Shown piece after piece: positions 30,901 through 38,786 of a stretch of DNA of 64,000 nucleotides. The DNA lies in assembly GCA_046292385.1 (NCBI GenBank), contig JBKBRF010000013.1, positions 32,001 to 96,000 of the forward strand, in the 5' to 3' direction. The position numbers and the translations under genes were made by a program. This stretch comes from Armatimonadota bacterium. GTDB lineage: Bacteria > Armatimonadota > SYMT01. Numbering within the stretch: the first letter of the stretch is position 1; each line of letters begins with the position of its first letter. Below the pieces are notes generated by a model. That model was not told the DNA's origin. It saw only the letters and a list, made by a program, of their open reading frames with translations, and made no database searches.

Positions 30901-31060
30901 CGGCGTAGCTCTTCTCTACGTACAGCTTGTCCGCTTCCGCCAGCGTGGGGATCGCGTCCTGCGCGTACAGCCCCAGCGCCGGCCACCCGAAGACCAGCAG
31001 CGCCAACCCGAGCGCCGCTAGCAGCCGCGCCGCGAACCCGTGTACCGTCACCGTTCTCAT
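24911..31060 (-). CDS. Bacterial alpha-2-macroglobulin family protein with N-terminal TPR-like region
   Basis: Signal peptide, TDRAVYRPG, FRVEEYKKP, PDNLTQW, thioester YPYGCIEQ, DGGWGWW, WHSTRETA. Confidence 0.95.
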   Translation of the reverse strand: MRTVTVHGFAARLLAALGLALLVFGWPALGLYAQDAIPTLAEADKLYVEKSYAAALEGYLKLLEAKRVPAARQDEVEYRVVVSLGKTEKWDRALEAGLEFVKARRGTVWEPRGLYWLGRLYLGVPHHGWRVGEAVHRGADVPRGGGAAAEQVYLHQQDSRNAVDALEAARVLYPRFREAHRTGEEEIQLDFDLARQLPQDPSYYAWIQGQDWAPPADPQWKVDPAQDYSLEWLAPKKVLYLYRHARWLADRQDRPHSGAIALLGEAVWLQQYHQMMQSNARRYDGKKWVQIPYPYQDVKPTAPLEELVRQYPQDSLRDQAQFTLGMFREAEGEYKQAVAEYRKLIRELPQSKWTEDAKLRLQELLLRRINLTTAEPPAPGSAPVVTVGTRNAGQVHLELFKVELERPLTQPARLSDPETTFENFGRNFGELKTADRWYGPPVARWDVKTDDKGDYRWVNRKVTLPVKATGAYVLEATVPGARAATVVLVTDLVVVEKLERDRALFFATNRATGKPVANAEIVAKQWWSDNERHADSVRGKTDGNGLFSMPLRRAPNRRGFSVQALAWTGERYAVTQMLQSWWDHDNPEIYRTYSITDRAVYRPGQTVHYRQVAMRRVNGEWRPAAGQQLQVVVQDNTGSRMHELSETMNQFGSVSGSFTIPASARLGEYVIGATIPNISEQVQNYGGNRFRVEEYKKPEVEVTVKPTSDRVRLGETAAARIHAEYYFGGPVPNAKVTYRVYRNPHWVSYRFPRPFDFLYPYYGNGDYNLYYRNGEVVSQGEARTDAQGNAEISIKTEAPANQANSDFRYTIEAEVQDASRRVITGSGSVTATRQDVYAFLNFPHGYASKGDLLRVEVATIDPSETPVSVAGTAKVFRMREQEKGEERLVHQEPLTTDKEGRGYLEWRAEEGGHYEIRFETRDRAGQQVAGRTQVWVAGPELDAGRFLLQNVYLQVKELYYEQGQTAKVLLVTPEPDCTVLLTREANNQITEQRVVRVKGRSVELELPVTRNDVPNVYVTAMMVRDGRVHQSLTELFVPPVRELLKVAVQADREQYEPGQKARLQVKATDWQGRPVRAELALAVTDASLSYIQKDYAPDIRTYHYGERRSDAVPEGSSAGTVFYPGMEDTQPRGSFRTHEWLLPEGMGQVPDWPGPDRAGYYWHQRSVLGQIQNMAYYRDGDSMLGARGPAGPPGAFGGMGGFGGGMAAGRMMSAPAAPGMAMKAEAASRPNASPAPELPDGGLAEASLRTRLADTALWVPTLTTDAQGNATAEVVWPDNLTQWRLKSIGNTTSAQVGTDETSVRTKKDLLVRLQAPRFFVERDEVVVSGNIHNYLPQAQRVRVRLDLRDDTASMAPQGSAEPESWIEVPSGGEKRLDWRLRVAREGNLRIRLTAQTQTAADATELAFPVLVHGVERQLARSGVLRGERGGTASLPIALPRERKPGSSELVVQLNPSLAATMLDALPYLVEYPYGCIEQTVSRFIPAVLVRKTLADLGYDLEALEKRARELEEKARAGDAARPGGATVENSPYTYPKGRPGTIRVREMARYLRTAGSPVFNGAELQRLIGEGLDRIQGAQQHDGGWGWWPGQTSDPYMSSYVLYGLQVAKSAGVPVDPGVLERGMQFLAQRFPEEDNFHLLTYEARVLSMEPRYREAIRPITTGRLWENRERLTPYSRALLALALHGLGEQEKAEVMLRNLETTAKIDRENGTANWDQGRGGDWWRWYHNQVETNATVLQAYMAVRPDAELPPLMVKWLVNNRRGNFWHSTRETAWAVYALADYIRVNKELAPEYTVTVDLGGKIRREYTVTRENALFFDNQFVVPDELLETGEQPLTIRKDGPGALYFSAYTTYFSLEEPLRATGNEISVRRQYFRLVPGTAGGQPEAKPLDPKRPNPFLTGRYELLDDGGEWTGYRDVNLGPRYERVPLEDGATVTSGDLLEVELQLESKNEYDYLVFEDLKPSGCEAAEVRSGYRWEKGVGAYVEFRDTKVAFFLDRIRQGTSTLTYRLRAEVPGRFHTLPTNGYAMYAPDIRTLSDEMGLSIRDAE

Positions 31061-31205
31061 CGCCCACTCCCCGGCGGCCTCCCCGCCCTGAACGCCAGTA
31101 GGACGCGCGGACGATCACGTGGGTTACAGCTCGAGACGGTGAGACGGAGGGAGGTTCTCGGAAACAGGCAATGCCCCGAGAAGTCGCCTCCGGAGAGCGG
31201 GCCAC

Positions 31206-31586
31206 CTATCGTGAATCTGCGAGCAGCCGCTCGACCATGCCGGGAAGCAACTCCAGCACCTTCTCCGGCCGGAGGTAGGCGTCCACCCCCGCGGCCCACC
31301 CGATGATGTCCTCATCCTTCGGGTCGCGCGGGTCGAGGACCAGCGTCGGCACCGCGGCAAGCGGCCCGGCCATCCGCTGCCGCACCAGCTCCGCGAAGGG
31401 GCCGTTCCGCTCGCCTGGCGCTCCCAGCGCCTCCAGGTTGAGGATCAGCAGCACCGGGAGCAGCTCGGGATCGACCGGGAGCAGATCGGTGAAACGAAGC
31501 GCCAGCCCCCGCGCGTGCAGGCATTCACGCACGCCTTCCGGGAGAGGTCCTGCGACTGGAACGATGAGTGCATAGCCAGCGTCCAT
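31206..31586 (-). CDS. Degenerate stand-alone receiver-like protein
   Basis: PVLLILN in place of PDLILLD, VPTLVL, GWAAGVDAYLRP. Confidence 0.55.
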   Translation of the reverse strand: MDAGYALIVPVAGPLPEGVRECLHARGLALRFTDLLPVDPELLPVLLILNLEALGAPGERNGPFAELVRQRMAGPLAAVPTLVLDPRDPKDEDIIGWAAGVDAYLRPEKVLELLPGMVERLLADSR

Positions 31587-31639
31587 CGATAAGTCCCCCG
31601 GTGGTGCCCTCAGGGTGGAACGGCATGCTGCAGGAACGG

Positions 31640-31667
31640 AAAAGGGGAGCGGATCGCCCGCTCCCCC
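31640..31667 (-). terminator. Intrinsic terminator after the redoxin gene
   Basis: aggggagcgg/ccgctcccct stem then ttt on the minus strand. Confidence 0.65.
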
Positions 31668-31692
31668 TCCAGTGCGCTGTTTCCCGACGGCG

Positions 31693-33564
31693 TCAGTTCC
31701 CGCCGAAAAGCAGGCTCAGGAACCCACCCGGACTCCCGCCGGCCGGCTCCTGCTCGTGGACGAACTCGATAAAGGCGAACGCCATCTCGTCGGTGGTCTG
31801 CTCCCCGAAGCGGACCAGCTTCGGCGGGTCGTTCGGGTTGCGCGGGTTGTCGCTGCTGTTGTCGAAGTAGGCGGTCATCTTGATCTTCGTCCCCTTCGGC
31901 ACCTTCTGCAGCTCGCGGTAGCGGTAGGTGTCCTGCCACCGGTAGTCCCAGTCCTTCACCCAGATCAGCGGCTTGCGGGTGCCGTCCGGGAGCTCCGCGG
32001 TCACCTCCATCTCCTTGCCGAGGAGGTGCATGTGCGGGGTGATCGAGATGAGCTGCACGTCCCACGGCACCGTCAGCGTCTGCTCCAGCTTCCAGCGCTT
32101 TTCGCCGGGCGGGATGTGGATCGCCAGGTTCGTGAGCGGGAAGACCCGCAGGCGCTTCTCCACCGGCTCCTTCGCGAAGTAGAGACCGACCCGCGTGCGG
32201 TCTTTCTCCACCTTGCCGGTCTTGTGGTAGTGGACCTGCATCACCAGGTCGGAGTTGGCCGGGAGCGGCATGCCGACTCCCTTGGGAAGGTAGCGGGCGA
32301 AGTTGCCCGGCGCCCAACCGCCGAGGCTGCCGCTCGGGAGGATGCCGATCCCGCCCGGCCCGGAGTTGTAGCCAGGGAGCGGGTCCTTCTCGTCGAGCCG
32401 GCGCGCGGCGCCGCCGGTGTCGAGGAAGTTCAGAACGTGGTGGACCACCCGCGCGTTGCCGGGGCGGATATCGACCGCCACCACCTGCTTGTCTTCCTTG
32501 AGCCCCGTGGGGATCACGAAGCAGCGGAAATCGTCCTCACCGTTGGCGCCGACGGTGTACTCCTCCGGCATCTCCAGCACCAGGTCCGGCGTGCCGAGGC
32601 TCCACTCGTCCTTCCACTCCTTCGGCGCGGGTGCGTCCTTCGGATTGCCGGCCGGCGCCCCGGCGTCGGCCCAGCGGGCGAGGGTGGCGATCTGCTCGTC
32701 CGTCAGGCGGCGGGCGTCGAGGAAGTCGCCGTGCCCCGGCGCCGCCTGCCACGGGGGCATCTGGCGGCTCTGTGAGAAGCTCTTGATCTCCGCGGCCCAG
32801 CTGCGGGCGTCCTGGTAGCTGGAAAGGGAGAACGGCGCGACCTGGCCGGGGCGGTGACAGCCCTGGCAGCTCTCCTGGATGATCGGCGCGACGTCCCGGT
32901 AGTAAGTCACCTGCTTCGCGGCGGCCGTCTGGTAGTCGCGCGGGATCGCGCAGCCATAGGCGGTGGTGACCGGGGTCTCGACCGGCTTCTTCGCCAGGAC
33001 CGCCTCGATCGCGTTCTTCAGGTCGTGGGAGCGCACGTGCCGCCGCTTCTGCGTGCGGCTGGCGTAGGCGTCGTTGACCCGGCCGCGGTAGCGCACCACG
33101 CGGCTGGAGTCGAGGACGAAGACTTCCGGGGTGACGCGCGCGTCGAGCGTCCGCGCCAGCTTCTGCTCCGGGTCCTTCAGGACGGGGAAGCCGAGCGCGT
33201 ATTCCTTAGCGTGCTTGGCTACGGCCGCGACACTCTCGTACGGCAGCGCGTTCACGCCGAGGAACTGCACTCCCTTCGGCGCGTACTGCGCGGCAAGCTG
33301 CGTGAGCGGCTGGGAGTAGTCGTTGCTAATGGGGCACTCGGTCCCGGTGAAGACGAGCACCAGCACCTGCTTCTGCGCGAAGTCACGCAGGCTCCGCTCG
33401 CCGCCGGAGGGGTCCTCCAGGCGGAAGTCGGTGACTCTCATCCCCGCCTTCGGAGCGCCGGTCGCCTTCCCCGGCGCGGCCGCCATGGCCGTAATCCCGA
33501 GGCCCGCCACGCTCGCCGCCAGGAGCGCGCCGCCGGCCGCCCGTCGCCAACCTGCACTCGCCAT
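31693..33564 (-). CDS. Secreted redoxin + cytochrome c + copper type II (PHM/DBM-like) monooxygenase protein
   Basis: FTGTECPIS, PEVFVLD..YRGRVND, CQGCH, VVHH, QVHYH, PHMH, TTDEM. Confidence 0.85.
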   Translation of the reverse strand: MASAGWRRAAGGALLAASVAGLGITAMAAAPGKATGAPKAGMRVTDFRLEDPSGGERSLRDFAQKQVLVLVFTGTECPISNDYSQPLTQLAAQYAPKGVQFLGVNALPYESVAAVAKHAKEYALGFPVLKDPEQKLARTLDARVTPEVFVLDSSRVVRYRGRVNDAYASRTQKRRHVRSHDLKNAIEAVLAKKPVETPVTTAYGCAIPRDYQTAAAKQVTYYRDVAPIIQESCQGCHRPGQVAPFSLSSYQDARSWAAEIKSFSQSRQMPPWQAAPGHGDFLDARRLTDEQIATLARWADAGAPAGNPKDAPAPKEWKDEWSLGTPDLVLEMPEEYTVGANGEDDFRCFVIPTGLKEDKQVVAVDIRPGNARVVHHVLNFLDTGGAARRLDEKDPLPGYNSGPGGIGILPSGSLGGWAPGNFARYLPKGVGMPLPANSDLVMQVHYHKTGKVEKDRTRVGLYFAKEPVEKRLRVFPLTNLAIHIPPGEKRWKLEQTLTVPWDVQLISITPHMHLLGKEMEVTAELPDGTRKPLIWVKDWDYRWQDTYRYRELQKVPKGTKIKMTAYFDNSSDNPRNPNDPPKLVRFGEQTTDEMAFAFIEFVHEQEPAGGSPGGFLSLLFGGN

Positions 33565-33723
33565 TCACGCCTCCGCTCGCCGCCGTCGTACCGCTTCCAG
33601 AACCAGTATAGCCCGCAGCCGGCCACAAGAACGCCGCGGCCGCCGCCACTGTTCCAGACGGAATCGTGGGCCAAGCATTCCGAACTTGCCCGGTGCTTTC
33701 GCGCAGGAAGTGGCGCTCGGAGC

Positions 33724-34737
33724 TCAGTCGAGCTGCCCTTCGTCCCGGTAGGGTCGGGACATCAGGTATTCGACCGCTTCCGCGACGGCCCGGCCCTCGA
33801 AGAGCACGCGGTAGAGCTCGCTCAGGATCGGCACTTCCACCCCCAGCTCGCTCGCCAGGCGGCAGGCCGCCTCGGTGGTCGGCACCCCTTCCGCGGTCTG
33901 GTGCACCTCGTCCTGCGCCTGCCGCAGGCTCTCTCCCTGCCCGAGTGCGAAGCCGACCCGGTAGTTCCGGCTGAGGGGACTCGCGGCCGTCGCGATCAGG
34001 TCGCCCAGGCCGGAGAGGCCGCTGAACGTCTCCGCGCGGGCACCGGCCGCAACACCCAGCCGGGTCATCTCCGCCAGGCCGCGAGTGAGGAGGCTCGCCT
34101 TCGTGTTGTTACCAAAGCCGAGCCCGTCGCAGATGCCGGACGCGATGGCGATCGGGTTCTTCAGCGCGCCGCCCAGCTCCACGCCGGTCACGTCGCGGTT
34201 GGTGTAGACGCGGAAGAGCGAGGTGGAGAAGAGCTCCTGCAGCCCGCGGGCGAGCGCGGAGTCCTCCGTGGCGATGACGGAGGCGCTCGGAATCCCACGG
34301 ACGATCTCGCCGGAGAGATTGGGACCGGAGAGCACCGCCACCCGTCCGGCCTTCGCCGCTCCCAGCACCTCTTCAGAGACCAGCGAGAGCCGCCGGCCAG
34401 TCCCTCGCTCCAGCCCCTTCGCGGCGAGGACGATCCCGCCGGAGGGGGGAAGCTGCTCCCGGCAGCGGCCGAGCAGCTCGCGGACCGCCTGCGCGGGCAC
34501 CGCCAGCACGACCGTTTCCGCCCCCTCCAGCGCGCCGCGGAGCTCGGCAGTGGCGCGGAGCGGCTCCGGGAGCCGGAGATCCGGCAGGTACCGCCGGTTC
34601 ACACGGCTTGCCTGCACCTCCTCGGCGTGGGCCGCATCGCGGAGCCAGAGCCGTACCGGGATACCCTGACCCGAGAGCAGCCAGGCGAGCGCCGTCCCCC
34701 AGCTTCCTCCCCCGAGAACCGCCACCGGCGCGCTCAT
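33724..34737 (-). CDS. gpsA: NAD(P)H-dependent glycerol-3-phosphate dehydrogenase
   Basis: VLGGGSWGTALA, KGLE, LSGPN, GVELGGALKN, GLGDLIAT, SRNYRVG; ATG at 34737. Confidence 0.96.
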   Translation of the reverse strand: MSAPVAVLGGGSWGTALAWLLSGQGIPVRLWLRDAAHAEEVQASRVNRRYLPDLRLPEPLRATAELRGALEGAETVVLAVPAQAVRELLGRCREQLPPSGGIVLAAKGLERGTGRRLSLVSEEVLGAAKAGRVAVLSGPNLSGEIVRGIPSASVIATEDSALARGLQELFSTSLFRVYTNRDVTGVELGGALKNPIAIASGICDGLGFGNNTKASLLTRGLAEMTRLGVAAGARAETFSGLSGLGDLIATAASPLSRNYRVGFALGQGESLRQAQDEVHQTAEGVPTTEAACRLASELGVEVPILSELYRVLFEGRAVAEAVEYLMSRPYRDEGQLD

Positions 34738-34775
34738 CGCAGTACCTCTTCCACTGGCCGACGGGTGAACGGAGG

Positions 34776-35825
34776 TCAGGACTGCCGCCCGAGGGCGTAC
34801 CGCGCGATGTCCCGGATCGCGTCGCCGTAGGCGCCTTCCGGCCGGGCCCGCTCCAGCGAGGAGAGGGCCGCGTCGGTGTGCTCCCGCACCCGCTCGGCGA
34901 CCGACGCCTGCGTGCCGAGGCTCTCCATCAGCGACAGCGTGGTCTCCACGTCCCGCTCGCGGAGCGCAGTCCGGAGACGCTGCCCCTCGGGGGTCTGCTC
35001 CGGAGCGGCGGTGAGCGCGTCGACCACCGGCAGGCTGCGCTTGCCCTGGATCAGGTCGCTCGCGACCGGCTTCCCGGTGAGGGCCGGGTCCCCCCAGATG
35101 CCGAGGAAGTCGTCGCGGCACTGGAAGGCGAGCCCGAAGCTGTAGCCGAACCGGGCGAGCGCCTCCACCCGCTCCGTCTCGTCGGTCCCGAGCATGGCGC
35201 CGACCCGCAGCGCGCCCTCCAGCAGCGCCGCGGTCTTGCCGCCGGTCATCCGGAAGTAGCGCTCCAGGGAGATGCCGTGCGTGTCCTCCGCCGCCATGTC
35301 GAGGAACTGCCCCTCGGTCATCAGCAGGACCGCCTGGTTCGCCGCGTGGAGCGCCTGCACTACCCGCTCCGGACCGTAGTGTGCGGTGAGCCGCAGCAGC
35401 GCGGAGTCGACCAGCGCCTGCATGTTGGAGCCGGTGTTGATCGCCTGCGGAATCCCCCAGAGCTTCCACACGGTCGGCCGGTGGCGGCGCGACTCATCGT
35501 TGTCTTCCACGTCGTCGTGGACCAGCGAGAAGTTGTGCACCAGCTCGATGGCGGCCCCCGCGGCCGCGGCCGAGGGTCCGTTCCCGCCGACCGCCTCGCA
35601 AGCGAGGATCGTCAGCACCCCCCGCAGCCGCTTTCCGCCATGGCGCCGGCGCTCGCTCTCGGAGAGCGGCTGCAGCACCTCGTCGAGCCACCCGAGGTGG
35701 TAGCGGATCCACTGGTACAGCTCCAGGTCCGGGGAGGCCGAGGCGAGGGTGGCTTCGATCTCGGCATCGAGCCACGGAACGCGCTGGTCGATCAGGGCGG
35801 CAGTCGGGGCGGGAATCAGGCTCAT
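34776..35825 (-). CDS. Polyprenyl diphosphate synthase (IdsA/GGPP synthase-like)
   Basis: GGKRLR, HNFSLVHDDVEDND..RRHRPT, EGQ, KTAAL, AFQCRDDFL. Confidence 0.93.
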   Translation of the reverse strand: MSLIPAPTAALIDQRVPWLDAEIEATLASASPDLELYQWIRYHLGWLDEVLQPLSESERRRHGGKRLRGVLTILACEAVGGNGPSAAAAGAAIELVHNFSLVHDDVEDNDESRRHRPTVWKLWGIPQAINTGSNMQALVDSALLRLTAHYGPERVVQALHAANQAVLLMTEGQFLDMAAEDTHGISLERYFRMTGGKTAALLEGALRVGAMLGTDETERVEALARFGYSFGLAFQCRDDFLGIWGDPALTGKPVASDLIQGKRSLPVVDALTAAPEQTPEGQRLRTALRERDVETTLSLMESLGTQASVAERVREHTDAALSSLERARPEGAYGDAIRDIARYALGRQS

Positions 35826-36016
35826 GTCTCGGTTCAATGGGACGGTAGGAGAGGTCCGCCTCACGTTCTGCCGGGGGCGGGGCAAGTCCTCCCGCCGGCA
35901 CGCATCCCGGCGGCAAGCCGCAGCCGCGGGCCTCCGCGCCCGGAGGAATCACGGTTGAGCAGTGGAAACTGGGCGGTAACCCAAGTAGGGCGGGAGACGG
36001 GGCGCAGGGGGCAACG

Positions 36017-37759
36017 ATGACTCCACGTGAAGCAGGGCTGGCCGCGCTGAAATCCGGCAATGCCGCCGAGGCAGTCCGGAGCCTGGAGGCGGCGGTGCGC
36101 CAGATCCCGACCGACGCCGCCGCGTGGGGCGGGCTGGGCGTGGCGCTCTGCCAGACCGGGCGCCCGGCCGAGGGCCTCCGCGCGCTGGAGAAGGCAATCA
36201 CCCTCTCCCCCGCGCAGGCCGGGCTGCAGTTCAACTATGGGCGCGCGCTGGAGAGCATTGGCCGCGCGCCGGACGCGCTGCGCGCCTTCAAGCGATGCCT
36301 GGAGCTCGACCCCGCCCATGCCGGCGCCCAGGCCGCGCTGCGCCGTCTGGAATCGAGCGGCGCTCCCAGGGCCGCGGCAGCGACCGCTGCGGCGCCGGCG
36401 GCCCCGCTCACCCCGCCGGCGCCGCCGGCCGGGCTGGGTGACTTCGACTTCTCCTCTCCCCCGCCGGTCGACCCGACCCGCCGGCCGCAGCCGGTCCCAC
36501 CGGCCACCGCGCCGCTGCCGCCTGCCGGGGAGGTCAGCGGCCCGGCGTGGCCTTCGCCTCCGGCCGGGTCGCCGAATGGCCCGATGGGCGCGGCGCTGCC
36601 GCCTCCGCAGCCGGTCGCCGCGCCGATGGCTCCCGCCGGCGGGTACCACGCCCCCGGGGCACCCCCGCGCCGTTCCTCCGGCGCGCCGTGGGTCTGGATC
36701 GTGGTCGGCATCCTCGGGATGGGCGCGCTGGGGGTCATCCTTCTCGCCGCCATTCTCTTCCCGGTCTTCAGCCAGGCGCGCGAGGCGGCCCGCCGCGCGA
36801 GGGAGCGCCGGATGGGAATTCCGTCCCCGCTCCCGGGCGGCGCCCCAACGGTGGGACAACCCAGCCGCGGCGAAGTGCTCTGGCCGCTCGGTGCCGGAGG
36901 CGGCGGGGTGAACCTGGCGAGCGCGGAGGGCGGGGTCGAGATCCACGACGCCCGATTCGGGGTCACGGCCCGCTTGCCGCTCGGATTCCCGCCCGCGAGC
37001 GCGACTTCCGGGATGGACGTCACGGGCGCGGGAGGGACCACCCCTCCCAGCCTCTATTCCTCCCGGGTGGGCCGGAACGAGTGCTTCCTGATCTGTCTAG
37101 GCTTCCCCGCGGAGACGGTCAACGCGATGGGACGAGACCATCTGCTGAAGACCATGAGACAAGCAGTGCTGCGGCAGGGAGCACAGGAGATGGAGAGCGG
37201 CCCCGTCTCCCACCAGGGATACACCGGGGAGGAGGTCACCTACCGTCGCGTCAGGGCCGGACAGAGCCGCACCGGGAGGGTCCGGACACTCCTCGCCTCC
37301 CCGCGGCTCTTCATCATCGGCTTCGAGGGCGCGGATGAGGGGGAGGTCAGATCCGCCGCCGCGAACGCGTTCCTCGACTCGCTCTCCATCCGCGCGGGCG
37401 TCACCCCCGCCGGCGCGACGACCCCGATCCGGATGGGGCGGCCCACCATGCCGGAGCTGTCGATGCCCTCCTTCGGCTCGATGCCGCCCACCCCCGGCTT
37501 CAGCCGCCCGGAGATCCCCCGTCCGCCGCGCTTCGAGCCACCGCAGCTCCCGGAGCCGCCTCGCTTCCAGCCACCCACTTTTGAGCGGCCGAGCTTCCCC
37601 ACCGGGCCACGCTTCGGGCCGAGCGGGCCGGACGGCAGCTTCGGCCCGGCCGGTCCGGGCGGGCCACCCGGGGGGCCACCCTTCGGTCCGGGCGGACCTC
37701 CCCACGTAGGGCCGCCGGGCTTCGGCCCGCCCGGCTTCGGCGGTGCCAACGGACCCTGA
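36017..37759 (+). CDS. TPR + Pro-rich + pilin-like TM + extracytoplasmic domain + Pro/Gly tail protein
   Basis: Three N-terminal TPRs; TM ending LAAILFPVFSQAREAARRA. Confidence 0.75.
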   Translation: MTPREAGLAALKSGNAAEAVRSLEAAVRQIPTDAAAWGGLGVALCQTGRPAEGLRALEKAITLSPAQAGLQFNYGRALESIGRAPDALRAFKRCLELDPAHAGAQAALRRLESSGAPRAAAATAAAPAAPLTPPAPPAGLGDFDFSSPPPVDPTRRPQPVPPATAPLPPAGEVSGPAWPSPPAGSPNGPMGAALPPPQPVAAPMAPAGGYHAPGAPPRRSSGAPWVWIVVGILGMGALGVILLAAILFPVFSQAREAARRARERRMGIPSPLPGGAPTVGQPSRGEVLWPLGAGGGGVNLASAEGGVEIHDARFGVTARLPLGFPPASATSGMDVTGAGGTTPPSLYSSRVGRNECFLICLGFPAETVNAMGRDHLLKTMRQAVLRQGAQEMESGPVSHQGYTGEEVTYRRVRAGQSRTGRVRTLLASPRLFIIGFEGADEGEVRSAAANAFLDSLSIRAGVTPAGATTPIRMGRPTMPELSMPSFGSMPPTPGFSRPEIPRPPRFEPPQLPEPPRFQPPTFERPSFPTGPRFGPSGPDGSFGPAGPGGPPGGPPFGPGGPPHVGPPGFGPPGFGGANGP

Positions 37760-37822
37760 CAGCTCGGCCGCGCGACATCTCTCCTCTCCACTCATCCAAC
37801 TCGCACCCGTTATACTCGGGGG

Positions 37823-38764
37823 GTGAGCGGAGCAGCCCCCAAACCTGGCAAGCGGACCCTCCGGGCAGACGACGCAGCGCGCGCGGCGGCGCTCTCTCTC
37901 GGCGCTAACCTCTTCCTGGTCGCCATCAAGATCTCGGCCGGCTTCCTCTCCGGGTCGATCAGCGTGCTGGCCGAGGGCGTCCAGTCGACGATGGACGTCG
38001 TCGCCTCCGCGCTGATCCTCTTCACCGTGCGCGCGGCCGCCCAGCCGCCGGATCCGGAGCACCCGTACGGACACGGTAAGTTCGAGAATCTCGCTTCCCT
38101 GGGGCAGATGGTGCTGATCCTGGGGAGCGCGGTCTATCTGTTCGGCGCGGCCTGGGAGCGCTGGCAGGACCCGGTGCTGCCGCGGGTCGACTGGGGTGCC
38201 GGCGCCCTCACCATCGCCGTGGTAGTGAACCTGGTCGTCTCCAACCGACTGTTCCGGGTTGCTCAGCGCACCGGATCCCAGGCACTGGAGGCGGAGGCGC
38301 TCCATCTGCGCGGCGACATGCTCTCCTGCGTCGGCGTCCTCGCGGGGCTGTTCCTCGTCTGGATCACGCAGGAGCCCCGGCTCGACCCCCTGATCGCGGC
38401 GGTGATGACGGTGCTCATCGTCGTCGGCGCGGTCCGGCTCCTACGCGAGAGCCTGCGGCCGCTCCTCGACGAGAGCCTGCCCGCGGAAGAGGAAGAGATG
38501 GTCCGCGCGGTGCTCGACGAGCATCCGGAAGTGCGCGGCTACCACCGCCTGCGGACCCGCCGGGCCGGCTCGCACCGCCTGATCGACCTGCACGTGCTGC
38601 TCGACGACGACCTCACCTTCCGCCGCGCGCACGAGCTGAGCGAAGAGATCGAGGAGGCCATCCGCGCCTGCTTCCCGAACGCCGACGTCATCGTCCACGC
38701 GGAGCCGTACGAAGAAGAGCAGCGCCACCAGGAAGAGGTGCATCACCACCGCCTGTCGCGGTAG
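37823..38764 (+). CDS. Cation diffusion facilitator family transporter (FieF-like)
   Basis: SGSISVLAE, PPDPEHPYGHGKFE, HLRGD, C-terminal IDLH...AHE...VHAEP. Confidence 0.94.
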   Translation: MSGAAPKPGKRTLRADDAARAAALSLGANLFLVAIKISAGFLSGSISVLAEGVQSTMDVVASALILFTVRAAAQPPDPEHPYGHGKFENLASLGQMVLILGSAVYLFGAAWERWQDPVLPRVDWGAGALTIAVVVNLVVSNRLFRVAQRTGSQALEAEALHLRGDMLSCVGVLAGLFLVWITQEPRLDPLIAAVMTVLIVVGAVRLLRESLRPLLDESLPAEEEEMVRAVLDEHPEVRGYHRLRTRRAGSHRLIDLHVLLDDDLTFRRAHELSEEIEEAIRACFPNADVIVHAEPYEEEQRHQEEVHHHRLSR

Positions 38765-38786
38765 CGCCGCTCGTCAGAAACGGAGA

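Noticed and set aside
25757..31021. 1754-aa plus-strand ORF and many other long overlapping ORFs (e.g. 16466..18808, 5296..7635, 12914..13951, 56955..59729)
   Set aside because: Antisense or frame-shifted shadows of recognisable genes; expected in high-GC DNA with few stop codons; no motifs.
33724..35469. Apparent 581-aa GpsA fusion
   Set aside because: Upstream part overlaps the polyprenyl synthase out of frame; GpsA homology starts at 34737.
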